Below are positions 39,180 to 51,517 of a stretch of 64,000 nucleotides of DNA, in pieces; position 1 is the stretch's first letter; every line of letters starts with the position of its first letter. The stretch comes from the human T2T-CHM13v2.0 reference genome, Homo sapiens, in the NCBI RefSeq assembly GCF_009914755.1, contig NC_060940.1. The stretch is one strand, 5' to 3'. Below the pieces are notes generated by a model. The model did no database searches. It was not told the DNA's origin and saw only the letters and a program-made list of their open reading frames with translations. A program made the translations under genes and the position numbers.

Positions 39180-39639
39180 GTTTTTTTTTTTTAATCGCCA
39201 TAATCTTGTGTGAAATACTTGGTCATCTGAGCAACATTATCCTTCTTCTCCCCATCAGCCTGGCATGAGCTTGGCAGATGCAAGCTCAGATCATCACCTG
39301 TGTGAGTGTGTTGTCTTTGTGTCCGTGAGCATGTGTGTGTGCCCTGGGTTCCTCTCCCAGGTACTCCAGAGCTCTTGACAATAAATGAGAACAATATAGA
39401 GGCAGGGGGCACTTTTCATCTCAGGCCAGTTCCAGGACTCTGTGTAAACTGTACTAAGCCGAAACGTATTCCTTTGTCCCTTTTGCCGCTGTCCTCCTAA
39501 TCCACATCTGGGCAGTGTGCACTGTGGCTGGGAGTTGACACAGATCCTTGTCTCCCAGACCCCCAGTTTCTATCGAGCTACTGTAACTTTAAAAAGATTT
39601 AACAAAGACTACCTCCACTAGCTAAGCTGAAATAAGAAT

Positions 39640-39960
39640 GTCTCCGGAGTTTAATGGATCAAGTAGCGGTGATAGGTTTTATGGCTCTTTTTTACTTTAG
39701 GGCATAGGGAAGAGAGAGCCGGGCAGGTTGGTTTTAAATTCAAGGATTTATGTTGTTAATCCTCCGGGCTAATTATAATTTATGGGATCTTGGCAAATTA
39801 ATATGCAGTTGCTATTCAAAAGTGGAGAGCAATGTAAGGCAGGCATAAACAAGCCTTGTTCATTTTTAATTTATTTCCACCAATGGAGAATATTAAATAA
39901 AATGAACACTGGGGTATTTCGCTCCAAGTTTGGTGTTCATTATTTATCTCTAAATTATGA
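39640..39960. promoter_or_regulatory. Candidate developmental enhancer
   Basis: Repeat-free AT-rich block with TTTATGG x2, TAATCC, CTAATTA, TTTAATGG and TAAACAA. Confidence 0.42.
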
Positions 39961-40699
39961 TATTCATAGAACAACTCCTTGCTTTTTCACCAAGAATCTA
40001 GAATCTAGAATTATCTGAGCGTTCGCATCAGATAACTAGGAAGAAATCAGAGTCATTTTCTCTCTAAGGCAGGCTCGATGATACCTGCACAGAAGCAGAG
40101 GTTTCCCAAGCATGCATGTTACTGCAGTACAAGATTTGGCATTCTGCATGTTGGGGTTGTTTAGAAACAGAAACTTTGGAGTAGTATGTGAGCTTAAAAT
40201 GTCAGTTGCATGGAAATGAAAGTGCCAACCCTCCAAATCAAGAGTCCAGCCCGTTATGTCGCAAGGGCTTTGGGAAATCTCAATTTATTGCTAGCCTGGT
40301 AGATATTGAGCAGGGTGTGATCCTGTTATTGGGCTTTCAGACTTTCGCTTAGCAACCTCATTGCACCCAGGACCCCCATTTAATCAGCGACTCCTATGGC
40401 TGTTTGGGGGCTCTCTTTCAAATAATTCTTCTCACCCATGAACATCTGTCAGAAAACTTTCACTGATTGGCAACCACCAGGCAGGTAGGTTTGACTCATG
40501 TGATAATTGGTTGCACCACTAGAAATGAGAATGCCCCTCCTACTTCCCCGCCACCTCTTCTCCTCTTACCTTTTTCTCCCCGACATGCCCCTGCCAACCT
40601 CCCCCCATCATTCCAGCTGGGAGAGGCCATCAAATGTAGCTTGGAGAGCTATAGAAACCTTGAGCTCTGAGCCCAAGGAGCAAGTTGGAGTCCTGCCTC

Positions 40700-40719
40700 C
40701 AGCTGTGTAGCTCAGATAA
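40700..40719 (+). promoter_or_regulatory. E-box-N8-GATA composite motif
   Basis: CAGCTG (40700-40705) + 8 nt + AGATAA (40714-40719). Confidence 0.45.
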
Positions 40720-40729
40720 CAGCTGGAGC

Positions 40730-40748
40730 AGAGAACATGCTGTTCTCT
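40730..40748. promoter_or_regulatory. Perfect GR/AR/PR/MR response-element palindrome
   Basis: AGAGAACA-TGC-TGTTCTCT, containing the consensus AGAACAnnnTGTTCT. Confidence 0.6.
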
Positions 40749-41009
40749 CTGCTAGAATATCTGACCCAATTCTGACTAGTAAAGAGAGTTAATAGTTTGT
40801 ACCTCAAGTCATTCTTGTCCCTGTGTGAAGGAAGAGAAGCAGTCATTTCCCTCCACCTCCAACACACACTCCGTCCCCACTCTGTCTCTCTTGGCTGTTT
40901 TTCTCTTCATTGTTGTTAAACTCACGTTCATTTCTCTTGTAGTCAGGGAAATGAAGAGCCACTTTCAACAATTCTGAAGAAGAAATATGGGATGTTTTGC
41001 TTCGGGATG

Positions 41010-41200
41010 GAGGCTGGAGCAGGAGTTTCTGGAGTCTGCCAGTACCCAGTTTGAATCCCAGCTCTGCCTTTTATCAGCTGGGTGTTGGGCAAGTTAGCTG
41101 ACTTTTGTGAGTTTTCTCATCATTAAAATGAGAACACTGTTATTGGTCTTTCGGGATTGTTTTGAGAAATGAGATATCGAGACATGCCTGGCACAAGGCC
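41010..41200 (+). mobile_element. MIR
   Basis: gtttgaatcccagctctgcc...ttgggcaagtta...agttttctcatcattaaaatgaga. Confidence 0.85.
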
Positions 41201-42989
41201 TTAATTCTTCTTCATGGTCAAGAAATGGCAGATTTTCCCCCTTCCATTCCCACCCTTGCACATAGTAGGTTCTCAGCAAGTATTTGTAGATGTAATCGAC
41301 CAGCAGAGATCATTTGTACCCTTAACACCCACAGAGAGTCACAGATGCTTTCACTGAAGGAGGGTGTCCCAAGACTCAATGGCAGGGAATAAAAATGCCA
41401 AGTCATGTAAGTATTCCACAAAGTTAGAGGGGAGGAGTAAGTATCTCTTATTCGTGCATCTTTATGGTATGACCAAGGGCTCATGATTTGTAAGCAGTTC
41501 AGGCACTGAGACCCGGGACACAGGTGACACTGTATCTGCAGATTCCTTTTTCTCATTGTTTCTCTGTCATGTTTAATTTTTGGTTTTGAAAACAGCAGAA
41601 AATCCAACCAGTGTGTTCACAGGACTTCTGGCTTTGCAGCAATTCCTTTTTCTGGGGTCTTTTGCCTAATCGTTTACTGGTTTGGAGACACTGTTTTCTG
41701 TATTGTTTAGGACTGAAAATGTAGACCTAACTGAAATCAAGCACTCGAGTATCCTAATTATTTTAAATTCATAATGAATAGTCATCATGGTTTCACTTTT
41801 TTTATGTACTCTTTTGAAAGAGTACGATGGGGGAATAAAAGCCAGAAAGTTAAAAAATAAAAATAGAAAAGAGCTGCAATTGTCAAGAGACCAAAAAGTC
41901 TTGTAAAAAGGGCAGTAGGTAATTCTGGAGGCAAATCAGCATGGGTAATGTCTAGGCAAACAGGATAGAAAAAGATCAGGAGGTCACAGTGACAAAAGTA
42001 TTTAGGCTCATCATATTAGAATTTCATCCAAAGAACAATTGATTATGATTTATAGACCACACCATCCCATGAGCCCAGATGTGTGTCCACTGGGCCTGGC
42101 AGGGGACAAATTTATGTAACAGACTCCATCCTGAATTCCAGTCCTCAAGCTTTGAGGGTAATAAACTCAAGCTTTGCAACTGGGTCAAGATCAGGCCTGT
42201 CTCCTTCTTGATGATGAGTTGTCTCATAGGACCCTGTTAAGCACCATCCCCAAACTCCATTCTTTTTGGTGAATATCCCAACAAACTCCCCAGCCATACC
42301 TCAATGTCCAGACTTGCCTGATCCCCAGGGCTGGACACAGAACAGGCTCATTCTGAGAATCTTCTCTCTCTCCCTCCTTCCCATTTTGCTCCTCCTACCA
42401 ACATGAGAAGCTAGGGGGTCTCATCTTTAAATAATTAATTCTTCTTTCTTTGTAAGTATTATACATGCCAAACAGACTCTTGGTTTGTGTCTACTGACCC
42501 AACAAAAGGGCTGTCCACTTGACGGACAGGCAACAGATCATCTTGATAAGTACATGAGGCACTCAGATGTCAAGTCACCAAACCTTCATTCTGAATATTT
42601 TTGAGGCTCATGACAGACCAAAAGAGCCAGAGAGTTGGGGAACATAATTTCCTTTGCTCATACCCTGGACCAAGAACTGTTGCCAGGAATATCCATCCAT
42701 CTGGGGGCTTCCAGCTTCCCCAGATGCCTGCGTGCCTTTTGACCCTTCTCCTTCCCCCACCCTGCGAGTTCTTCAACAAATACTCTTCTAAACCAACATC
42801 CCCGGCAAACGGGAGCAAGACACCAGCTTTTCACTGATGCAGATATTTCTGATCTTTTCATCTCGGTTTTATTTCTCACTCTCCCACTGCATAAAAGATT
42901 AAGAAAGCACTCGCATGAATGTTTGCACATCATTTAAATATTCATTTTCATTAATTTATTCATAGTCGTAAAGTTTATTGCCTAGAATA

Positions 42990-43155
42990 TAGAGTCGTAG
43001 AATTTTAGAGCTGGAAGACAGGAGAGAAATCATCTAGTTTCGCCGCCTCGTTTTACAGATGAGGAAACTGAGGTGAAGACAGCTCAGGAGACCGTCCAAG
43101 GTCAGATTCTGAAGTGAGCCAAGTGAGACCCAAACTCAAGTCTTGGACAGTCTAG
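42990..43155 (-). mobile_element. MIR3-like
   Basis: agaattttagagctggaag...catctagt...ttttacagatgaggaaactgagg. Confidence 0.8.
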
Positions 43156-43249
43156 CCTCTGTGCAGCGCAGCTCAGCACAGCTGAAAACCACTTTTGCTC
43201 TCTGCTGGCATAGATGGCTGTGCTTTGGTTCATTTTCTTGCTCATCTTC

Positions 43250-43480
43250 ATGATCTAGCAAGTTCTTGTTGAGTGCCAGCCCAGTGCTAGGTGCTGAAGA
43301 ACAATGGTGAACGGCACAGTCATGGTACCAGAACTCGGTCTGGTGGAACAGAGAGATTAAGCAATCAGAAAAACATATGTGTGTGTAATTACACGTTGTG
43401 ATAAGGGTTTTGTGGGGAATATACAAGCTCAATGTGGAGACTAGTGGTGGGAGGGCAGAGGCATTTTCCCAGGAAGTGGA
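43250..43480 (-). mobile_element. L2 fragment
   Basis: ttgagtgcc...gtgctaggtgctgaaga...ggtgaacggcacag...taattacacgttgtgataag. Confidence 0.75.
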
Positions 43481-43715
43481 GAAAGGGAAGGGGAAGCAAA
43501 AGCCATCCCAGGGTGCGTTAGGGAGCAGGTACTGCTGTGGATGACGGGTGAAGAATTCACCTGGGAAACTTGGGGAGACCATGTGGAACATGCCGTCTCT
43601 GAGTTATGCCCCATCAGGGGGCAAAGAAACTGGAGTACTTACCCACCAGATCCTCATCTGTCGTTGGTTGAGGACTGCTCTCAGGACATTCACATCCAGG
43701 CACTTCTGGTCCACA
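43480..43715 (-). mobile_element. LTR16-family ERVL LTR fragment
   Basis: cagggtgcgtta...actgctgtgg...gaaactggagtacttacccacc...ttggttgaggactgc. Confidence 0.65.
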
Positions 43716-44259
43716 CCTTGGTACAATATTTGCAATATTAGGGACATGCTAATACAATTATTCATTGTATATGTTAATTCAAATTAAATGGAATGTCCTA
43801 TATTTTATAGGGCAAACTTAGGCTTACGCCTGGGTGGAATGAGCAATCCCTGTCGCCAAAGAAGGTCCCCAGCATAGCAGTTGGCTGGAGAAGGAAGGGC
43901 TGACCATAAGTTGCACTAAACTGCTCTCAGCAGGGTGACCTGGAAGATCTTGGAGTGTAGATGTCAATTAAGGCAAGTCCTGAGGGCTCGGATGGAGCCA
44001 ACTTTTCACCCGAGGAGGGGAAGAGGGAGGGTTAAGGAGGGCAAAGGAGAGATTTCCAGGCAAAGTGCACATTAAACACCAGATGCGAAGAGCTAGACCC
44101 CCTTAATGACAATTTGCTTTCTGTAATCTTGAACCAGGGTCTCTCAGTGTGTGGAAGGAATGTTTGAATCGGAGTAGCAGGGCTGAGTGGCAGTCCTAAG
44201 GCCCAGCCACAACGTGTTCTTGACAAGCCATGTCTATGTCTGGCGATGTGCTCGCATGG

Positions 44260-44410
44260 CACATGATCCTGTTTGACTTCCTGACAGCCCCAGGTGCTGG
44301 CCTAAGGCCTTCCAAATGAGGAAGGAAGGCTGGAAGAAGTTAAGTCATTTGCTAGTAAGGGTTAGAGCCAGGATTTGAACCCAGATGACTACAGAGTTCA
44401 TGCTTTTAAT
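44260..44410 (-). mobile_element. MIR fragment
   Basis: aaatgaggaa...gttaagtcatttgctagtaag...agagccaggatttgaacccag. Confidence 0.75.
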
Positions 44411-44430
44411 TGCTGCTTGTTAAGTGCATC

Positions 44431-44982
44431 TATTATGGGTTGAATTGCATCCCCCCAGAAGATATGTTGAAGTCCCATCCTGTTACCTGTGAATGTAACC
44501 TCATTTGGAAGTAGGGTCTTTGCAGATGTCATCAAATTAATGTGAGATCTGGCTGGATTAAGATGGAGCCTCAATCCAGTGACTGGTGTCTTTATTAGAG
44601 AAAAGAGAGGGAGATTTGGAGAGACACACGTGTGTGCACACACATATCTACGTATCTACATGTATGCACATACCTACATGCATGCACATACCTACATGCA
44701 CACACGTGTGCACACACACAAGCAGAAGGCCATGTGAAGATGGAGGCAGATACTGGAGCGATGCTGCCATAAGCCAGGGAACAGCAAGCATTGCCATCCA
44801 CCACCAGGAGCTGGAAGTGGCAAGGATATGTTCTGCCCTAGAGCCTTCGGAGGGAGCGCAGCGCCAGAGACACCTTGAATTCAGACTCTTTGAGTTCCTG
44901 AATAAAGAGAGAATAAACTTGTATTGTTTCAAGCCACCTAGTTTGTGGCACTTTGTTATGGCAGCCCCAGGAAAGGAACACA
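44431..44982 (+). mobile_element. MLT1B/C MaLR solo LTR with internal RY-repeat expansion
   Basis: Complete LTR from tattatgggttgaattg to ggcagccccaggaaaggaacaca; perfect 5-bp TSD gcatc at 44426-44430 and 44983-44987. Confidence 0.92.
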
Positions 44983-46371
44983 GCATCCCCTGTCAACAAA
45001 CCAAGGGGAGCTAAAGATATACCCTTTAGCCAAGTAAACCAGCTGCCCCGAGCAGGAGCACAGCTTCCAGATCACTCATCAAGGGGCCGTGGGTGACAGG
45101 GCTGGCCTGCTGCTGCCTTTAATGGGCGTAGATGTTGTTGTTCATGTTTCCCAGCCCATTGGTGATGACACAGAGGCAGGAGCCGGGGCTGCAGACTAAA
45201 TTATATACATCTCAAGGGCAGTTAGACAACTAGCTCGCCCACAGGAACATTGCAATAAGCACAGTATCTGCTTTCCCAGCAAAGCCAAGTGCAAGTTCCT
45301 GCCTGCTCTGATGACCTCTTGTGCCTCCAGTGTGGGAAGGGACCAGGTCCCTCAATGCTGCCGCCTCCCACCCTGTGCTGCCACGTGGATTTAACTCCTT
45401 CGTGTTCCCCATGTTCTTAGTCAGTATGGTTGTTGTGCCATGGATTCAAATGGGGTTGCTTGATTTGATTTGCCCTTTACTTGGCTGGAATTCTCTCTAA
45501 CAATCAATGGAAACACAGCTCATAGGGATGCATGTAGCCTGTCTCATATGTGAAAAAGAAACTTTCAATGTATACTTCATCTCATTCCAACAAGAATTGG
45601 AAACAGCAACATCAGGACTTATATGGTGCAGGGTGGTCAGTAAGTAGGAAAGAAACTCGGGGCATGGAAGTGAACAGGAAGCCCAGAGTGAAGCCAGGAC
45701 CCAAAACCCACAGGTGCTCTTGTTATAAGCCAGCCACACATTTGTCTTTGAGCCTTTTAGCAGCTGCCACAAACTGGGAGAAACCATCAGTTATGCAGTT
45801 TACAATATCTCTAAACTCAAAACAAGCCAGTAATTCAGAAAAAGCCCAGTTCTTCTCACAAAGAAAGATCTAAGTGTGATATGAGAGTATATGCATGGAG
45901 AATATTTTCTGAGCTGGTGATGAGCTGCAGGGGGCCTCTCCCAGCCCCCGCACTGGTTGCACTTTTAAATAAGAGAAAAAAACAGTGATAGGACTGACCT
46001 GCGCGTAGAAGTTTCAAGTTACAAGAAAAACACTTCACAGGATCCAAATCCTTAAAGTCCTGAAGGAAACAGAGAGCATATACACCAGCTTTCGCCACCC
46101 AATTCGGATGTGTTAGAATGAAGAGTCTCTTATTTTTTAATGAATTTTTCTCTATTTAAAAGTACAGGGATACCTCAGAGATATTGCAGATCCCGTTCCA
46201 GACCACCACAATAAAGCAAATATCTCAATAAGGCAAGTCACATGAATTTTGGAGTTTCCCAGTGCATACAAAAGTTGCTTACACGATATAATAGACTCTT
46301 AAGTGTACAATAGCATTGTAAGAAAACAATGTACATACCTTAATTTTAAAATATTTCATTACTAAAAAATG

Positions 46372-48442
46372 CTAATGATCATCTGAGCCTTCAGCAAGTT
46401 GTCATCTTTTTGCTGGTGGAGGGTCTTGCCTTGATGTTGATGGCTGCTGATGGATCAAGTTGGCGGTTGCTGAAGGTTGGGGTGGCTGTGGCAATTTCTT
46501 AAAATAAGACAAGGATAAAGCTTGCTGCATGGATTGACTCTTCCTTTTACAAAAGGATTCTCTGTAGCATGCACTGCCGTTTGACATCATTTTACTCACA
46601 GCAGAATTTATCTCAAAAGTGGAATCAGTTCTCTCAAACTCGCCACTGCTTTATCAGTTAAGTTTATGGAATATTCTAAATCCTCTGTTGTCATTTCAAC
46701 AACATTCATGACGTTGTTCATGACAATGTTCAGTGTTCGCCTTCAGGAAGAGCAAGTTCCATTGCAAGAAATCACTTTCTTTGCTCATCTCTAAGAAGCA
46801 AGTGCTCATCCATTCAAGTTTTCTCATGAGATTGCAGCAATTTAGTCACATCATCAGGCTCTACTTCTAACTCGAGTTCTCTTGCTATTTCTACCACATA
46901 TGAGTCTTGAAGGGGCTCAAGACTTACTTCCTCCACTAACTTTTGAACCCCTCAGAGTCACCCAAGAAGGTGGAATAAACTTCTTCCAAACTCTTGTTAT
47001 TATTAATTTTTGATCCTTTGCCATGAATCACGAATGTTCTTAATGGCATCTAGAATGCTGAATCCTGTCTAGAAGATTTTCAATTTACTTAGCCCAGATC
47101 CATCAGAAGAATACAGTATCTGTGGCACCTGTAGGCTTCTAAAATGTATTTCTTTAATAATAATACTTGATAGTTGAAATTACTCTTTGATACATAGGCT
47201 GCAGACTGGGCATTGTATTAGCAGGCATGGAAACTACATTAATCTTGTACATCTCCATCAGAGCTCTTAGGTACGAGGTACATTGTCAACAAGTGGAATA
47301 TTTTTATTTTTTTTTATTGTTATTGTTTTGAGACAGCCTGGTCTGGAATGCACTGGCATGACTGCAGCTCAAATTATCCTCCTACTCCAGCCTTCCCAGT
47401 AGCTGGGACTACAGGCACATGCCACTAGGCTGGGCTATTTTTGTATTTTTAGTAGAGACACAATTTCACCGTGTTGCCCAGGCTGGTCTTGAACTTGTGG
47501 TGAATCAATCTGCCCAAATCAGCCTCCCACAGTGCCACAATTACAGGTGTGAGCCACCACACTGGACCAAGCAGAATATTTTTAAAGGAATACAAATTTT
47601 TTCCCAACAGTAGGTCTCGACAGTGGGCATAAATTATTCAGTAAATCATGCCATAAATAGACGTGGTCTCATCCAGGGTTTGTTATTCCATTTATAGAGC
47701 ACAGGGAGAGTAGGTTTGGCATAATTCTTAAGGACCCTAGGATTTTGGGAATGGTAAATGAGCTTGGCTTCAACTTGAAGTCACCAGCAGGGAAGAGAGT
47801 CAGCCTGTGCTTCGCAGCTTTGAAGCCAGGCATTGCCTTCTCCTCCCTAGCTCTCAAAGTCCTAGACAGCATCTTCTTCCAACAGAAAGCTGTTTTGTCT
47901 ACATTGAAAATCTGTTAGTGTAGCCACCTTAGTGGTCTTATCTAGATCTTCTGGAAAACTTGCTGCAGCTTCTGCATCAGCACTTGCTGCTTCATGTTGC
48001 ACTTTTTTGTTATGGAGACGGCTTTCTTCCTTAAACCTCATGAACCGACCTCTGCTAGCTTCCAAGTTTTCTTCTGCAGCTTCCTCACCCCTCTCAGCCT
48101 TCACACAATTATAGAGAGTGAGGGCCTTGCTCTGGATTAGATTTTGGCTTCAGGGAATGTTGTGGCTGGTTTGATCCTGTATCCAAACCACTCAAACATT
48201 CTTCATATGGGTGATAACGCTGTTTTGGTTTCTATCATTTGTGTGTTCACTAGAATAGCACTTTTAATTTCCTTCAAGAACTTTTTCTTTGCATTCACAA
48301 CTTGCCTGTTTGGCACGAGATCTGGCTTTCAGCCTATGTCAGTTTTCGACATGGCTTTCTCGTTAAGCTTAATCACTTCTAGCTTTTGATTTAAAGTGAG
48401 AGACATGCAACTCTGACTTTCTCTTGGGCACTGAAAAGCCAT
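46372..48442 (-). pseudogene. Disrupted Tigger1 (pogo/CENP-B-family) transposase
   Basis: ORF fragments [49 protein letters not shown] and [15 protein letters not shown] in several frames, broken by stops, frameshifts and an Alu. Confidence 0.9.
47301..47568 (-). mobile_element. AluJ with deletions, nested in Tigger1
   Basis: TSD aag(tg/ca)gaatatttt at 47291-47304 and 47569-47582. Confidence 0.9.
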
Positions 48443-48872
48443 TGAAGGGTTGTAAGTTTGCCTAATTTCAATACTGTTGTGTCTCAGGTAATAGGGAGGC
48501 CCAAGGAGGGGGAAAGAGAAGGAGAACAGCAGGTTGCTGGAGCCAGTGTGGTATTCATAAATATAACATTTATCAATTAAGTTTGCCATCTGATATGGGT
48601 GCAGTTTGTGGTGCCCCAAAAAATGACAATGGGGACATCAAAGATCACTGATCACAGATCACCAAAACTGATATAATAATAATTTAAAAGCTTGAAATAT
48701 TGTAAGAATTATCAAAATGTGATACAGAGACATGAAGTGAGCAGGTACCATTGGAAAAATGGTGCCGATAGTCTTCCTTAATGCAAAGTTGCCAGAAACC
48801 TTCGATTTGTAAAAAACACAGTATTTGCAAAGTGCAATAAAAGGAAATGCAATAAAATGAGGTATGCCGATA

Positions 48873-49505
48873 ATACATACAGCTCAGTGAAGAATATCTT
48901 AAAAATATTTAAAAAGAAGGAAGAAAATCACTCATAATTCTGCTGCCCATGGCAACCACAATTAACCCATGCCTGCCTTCCAGTCTTTTTACCACGTGTT
49001 GTGTTGTGTGGTGTTTGTCCCACATAGAGATCATTGCCATACGGCCATTTGGCACATTGCTTATTTTTCCCTGTCTTTATACATTTCATCATGTTGTTCT
49101 AAATGCTTCTTAACTGCAATTCTTAGTGGTTGTGATAGTCCACAGAGGGGAAGCATTGCTGTTTATTTATCCATTTCTATGTTGTTGGTCATTTATATGG
49201 TTTTAAATACTTTTGGTGTCATAAGGAGTGTTGTGATAAACATCTCTGTGCATAAAGCAGTTTCTATAGTTCCCATTATGTCTTTAGGATAGATTCCCAG
49301 AAATGGAATTACTAGGTCAAAGGTTGGGCACATTTTTTAAAGGTTTGTGAGACATATTGCCAAATTGCTCTCCAAAAGGTTTGTAGCAATTTAAATGATC
49401 AGAAGCAGCACTGAAGTCCAGTTTCGTCTAACCAGTATTGAGTGCTCATTAAAAAAAAAAAATCATTACTAATATGATAAACAAACAAATGGTGTGTTAT
49501 TGTTG
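48873..49505 (-). mobile_element. L1ME fragment (probable host of Tigger1)
   Basis: ttaggatagattcccagaaatggaattactaggtcaaagg...acatattgccaaattgctctccaaaagg. Confidence 0.85.
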
Positions 49506-50029
49506 GGTTGAAAGAAGCAAATTTGGAGAATCCAGAGAAACACAGCGGAAATTCAATTTATGGGCTACATTAACCCAGCATTTTGGATTGGAGGGTTTCT
49601 AAAGAGGTTTCGTTATATTAATGGATGACAAGTGGATACTTAAGAAAAAGTGTATTTTGGAGAAAGTTGCAATAATACCTACTAGAGATTGTGTCCTCCC
49701 TCAAAATCGGAGTGCCATCCGCGCTCCATGAGTCTGACACTTTGTAGGTGCTTTATAAATATGGATTGAAGCAAATGAGTGACGTTCATATGATGTTTTG
49801 CAGTTTTTTCAAAGTGGGTTTTACATTGAGAATCTCATTTTTCCAACAAGGCAACTAAGGCATGGATTCAATAATGTGCCAGCGGCACACACATAGCAAA
49901 TGGTCCAGCCACGAAGAGAACGGGACTGTCCAGCCGGGAGGACAGTATGCTTTTCACCTCCCTCTGTACCCTTCTCTGAGAACTGTTTGGTTTGAATCAT
50001 GATGGCAGTGGCTGGCTTCTCCACGATGC

Positions 50030-50599
50030 TGTTGTGCTGAACCCTATTAACCTCATAGGGAAGACACTAGGATCAAGAGGCCAGAGAAGAGACCCAGAGC
50101 CAGCAAACAAGACATAGGGTTTTATTAGGGGTTTACCTACAAAGGAGAGAGTTTAGTGGCAGTGGGCTGGGCAGGAGAACTGCCTTATGTACAGAAATGG
50201 TTCAGGGGCCGTGGAATGGACAAGACTCCACTTTCCTACAGTCCAGTGTCAGTGGCTGGACAACATAACCACACAGCCCAGTGGCCGTGGCCTGGGCAGG
50301 GAAACCGCAACTGCCTGCAGGAAGAGTGCAGTTTATTTAGATAACATTTTCACTTAACACCCTGCCGTTAATGACCTCCACCTGGCAACCTTTATTTAAT
50401 CCAAAACTCAGGGACTGGATTTTCCATACGGCCTGTGAGGCCAGGGGGCTCAGTTGTTCCTCATAGACAGGGAATGTATCTCCTGATTGGCCACTCCCAG
50501 ATTCCCTAGCTAGGAACAGACATTCAGGTACATATACCCTTCAGAGAGTCATTCTCAAGGTATGCTCAAGCTATTGCTGTCAGGCGCATTTACCCTACA
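50030..50599 (-). mobile_element. LTR47-family ERVL solo LTR
   Basis: TG..CA termini; gaagagacccagagccagcaaac, AATAAA on the minus strand at 50121-50126, gtcattctcaaggtatgct...gctgtcaggcgcatttacc. Confidence 0.85.
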
Positions 50600-50762
50600 G
50601 AGCTGAACTACCATTTCCTCAAAAGTAGGTACAGATGGGGTAACAGTGGGCAATGTGGCCCTTTCTGCACTTCCACAGTACCCGAAGTTTAGGCGCCCCT
50701 CCTGCCAAGAGCCCCCATTAGCAGCAAAATATATCTCACATGGTGCCCAGAGCAAAGGACCC

Positions 50763-51517
50763 TGTGCTAGTTTTTTGTGGCTGCTGTAATAACGGCAAAC
50801 TGAGTGACGTAAAACAGCAGAGATACATTTGCTCACGGTGTTGGAGCCCAGACGTCTGAAATTGACACTGCTTCTGGGGACACTAGAGGAGACTTTGTTC
50901 TTCGCCCTTCCCGGCTTCAGGTCGCGGTAAGCATTCCTTAACTGGTGGTCACATTACTCTATCTGTGCCTCCATGGTCACTTGGACTTCCCTTCTGTCTG
51001 TCTGAAATTTCCCTCTGCGTTTATTTTTTGTTGTTGTTTGTTTCTGAGACACAGTCTCACTCTGTTGCCCCGGCTGGAGTGCAGTGGCATGATCTTGGCT
51101 CACTGCATCCTCCATCTCCCAGGCTTAAGTAATTCTCCTGCCGCAGCCTCCTGAGTAGATGGGATTACAGGCGTGCGCCACCATGCCCGGTCAATTTTTG
51201 TATTTTTAGTAGAGACGAGGTTTCACCATGTTGGCCAGGCTGGTTTCGAACTCGTGACCTCAGGTGATCCACCTGCCTTGGCCTCCCAAAGTGCTGGGAT
51301 TACAGGCGTGAGTCACCATGCCTGGCTATCTGCGTTTCTTCTGTAAGGATACTTGTCTTTAAATGTAGGACCCACTTGGAATATCCAGAACTATCGTATC
51401 AAAAAATGTTTACTCACACCTGCGTATACCCTGTTTCCAAATAGAGTCACAGTTACAGGTTCCGGGGAGTTGACATGGGTATCCTCTGGGGCAGGGGGCA
51501 CTTTTCTGCCTACCACA
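50763..51517 (-). mobile_element. MLT1C/D-like MaLR LTR split by Alu
   Basis: gtggctgctgtaataac...tttccctctgc | taaggatac...ttccaaatagagtcacagttacaggttcc...tctgcctaccaca. Confidence 0.85.
51023..51327 (-). mobile_element. AluS (Sx/Sz-like)
   Basis: Full dimer; TSD tctgcgttt at 51014-51022 and 51329-51337. Confidence 0.95.

Larger units (their letters stand above)
46165..48870 (-). mobile_element. Tigger1 DNA transposon, apparently full length
   Basis: Both TIRs (cagggatacctc / gaggtatgcc) with TA on each side; about 2.43 kb after removing the nested Alu; transposase remnants inside. Confidence 0.95.

Noticed and set aside
39160-39192. A-run/G/T-run hairpin
   Set aside because: Alu tail next to a T run; trivial low-complexity palindrome
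43611-43625. CTCF-like motif CCATCAGGGGGCAA (similar partial matches near 13455, 25255 and 45925)
   Set aside because: Each has mismatches at informative positions; cannot be supported without PWM scoring or ChIP data
46372-48442. Functional TIGD-like gene
   Set aside because: Multiple stops, frameshifts and an Alu insertion
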